Assembly (NCBI GenBank): GCA_034717715.1
Contig: JAYELT010000178.1
Location: forward strand, 1 to 58,846
Source of the DNA: Chloroflexota bacterium
GTDB lineage: Bacteria > Chloroflexota > Anaerolineae > Anaerolineales > Anaerolineaceae
Direction: 5' to 3'
DNA: 58,846 nucleotides
The first letter of the stretch is position 1; each line of letters opens with the position of its first letter. The notes under the pieces are model-generated. The model had not been told where the DNA came from, searched no databases, and saw nothing but the letters and a program-made list of their open reading frames with translations. Position numbers and translations under genes: made by a program. Shown here piece after piece: positions 58,689 to 58,846 of the stretch.

Positions 58689-58846
58689 GATAAGGAACCA
58701 AAATAAACACTAATAAGGACCTAGATTCAAGTATCAAGTGCAACAGTGATTTATTAAGATTACCATAGGCTGAGAAAAATCAAGGCACTTTCGAGGCCTG
58801 AGATTCAACCGATTTTCAACAAAACATATGTCCGCTTTAGTAAGTT

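Overview
Bacterial chromosomal window, probably from an Anaerolineae/Chloroflexota-like organism (inferred from gene content and style, not tested). The left ~25 kb is accessory and partly decayed. It holds a broken integron (intI pseudogene, a methyltransferase in first-cassette position, three IS3 scraps), then an intact 12-gene, DeoR-associated sugar uptake and catabolism cluster (3252-16784), several pseudogenes, and a second small sugar-enzyme operon. The large cluster combines a tandem VOC protein, an LsrB/YphF-like ABC transporter, an FGGY kinase, BtpA/SgcQ, DhaK, DhaL, an M29 aminopeptidase and a form IV RuBisCO-like protein (KDDH type). It is the best candidate for an undescribed pathway. 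The rest is largely housekeeping: pstSCAB, gnd, pdp, the rpmH-rnpA-yidD-(beta-propeller lipoprotein)-yidC-jag operon, mtaB, a probable 6S RNA, thpR, rsfS (CTG start), bcp, ptsH-ptsI, a large membrane-anchored surface protein, gyrB, a REP-fused ABC remnant, dinB, an MshA-like glycosyltransferase, tRNA-Thr(CGT) and ugd. All calls come from reading motifs by eye; no database searches were run.
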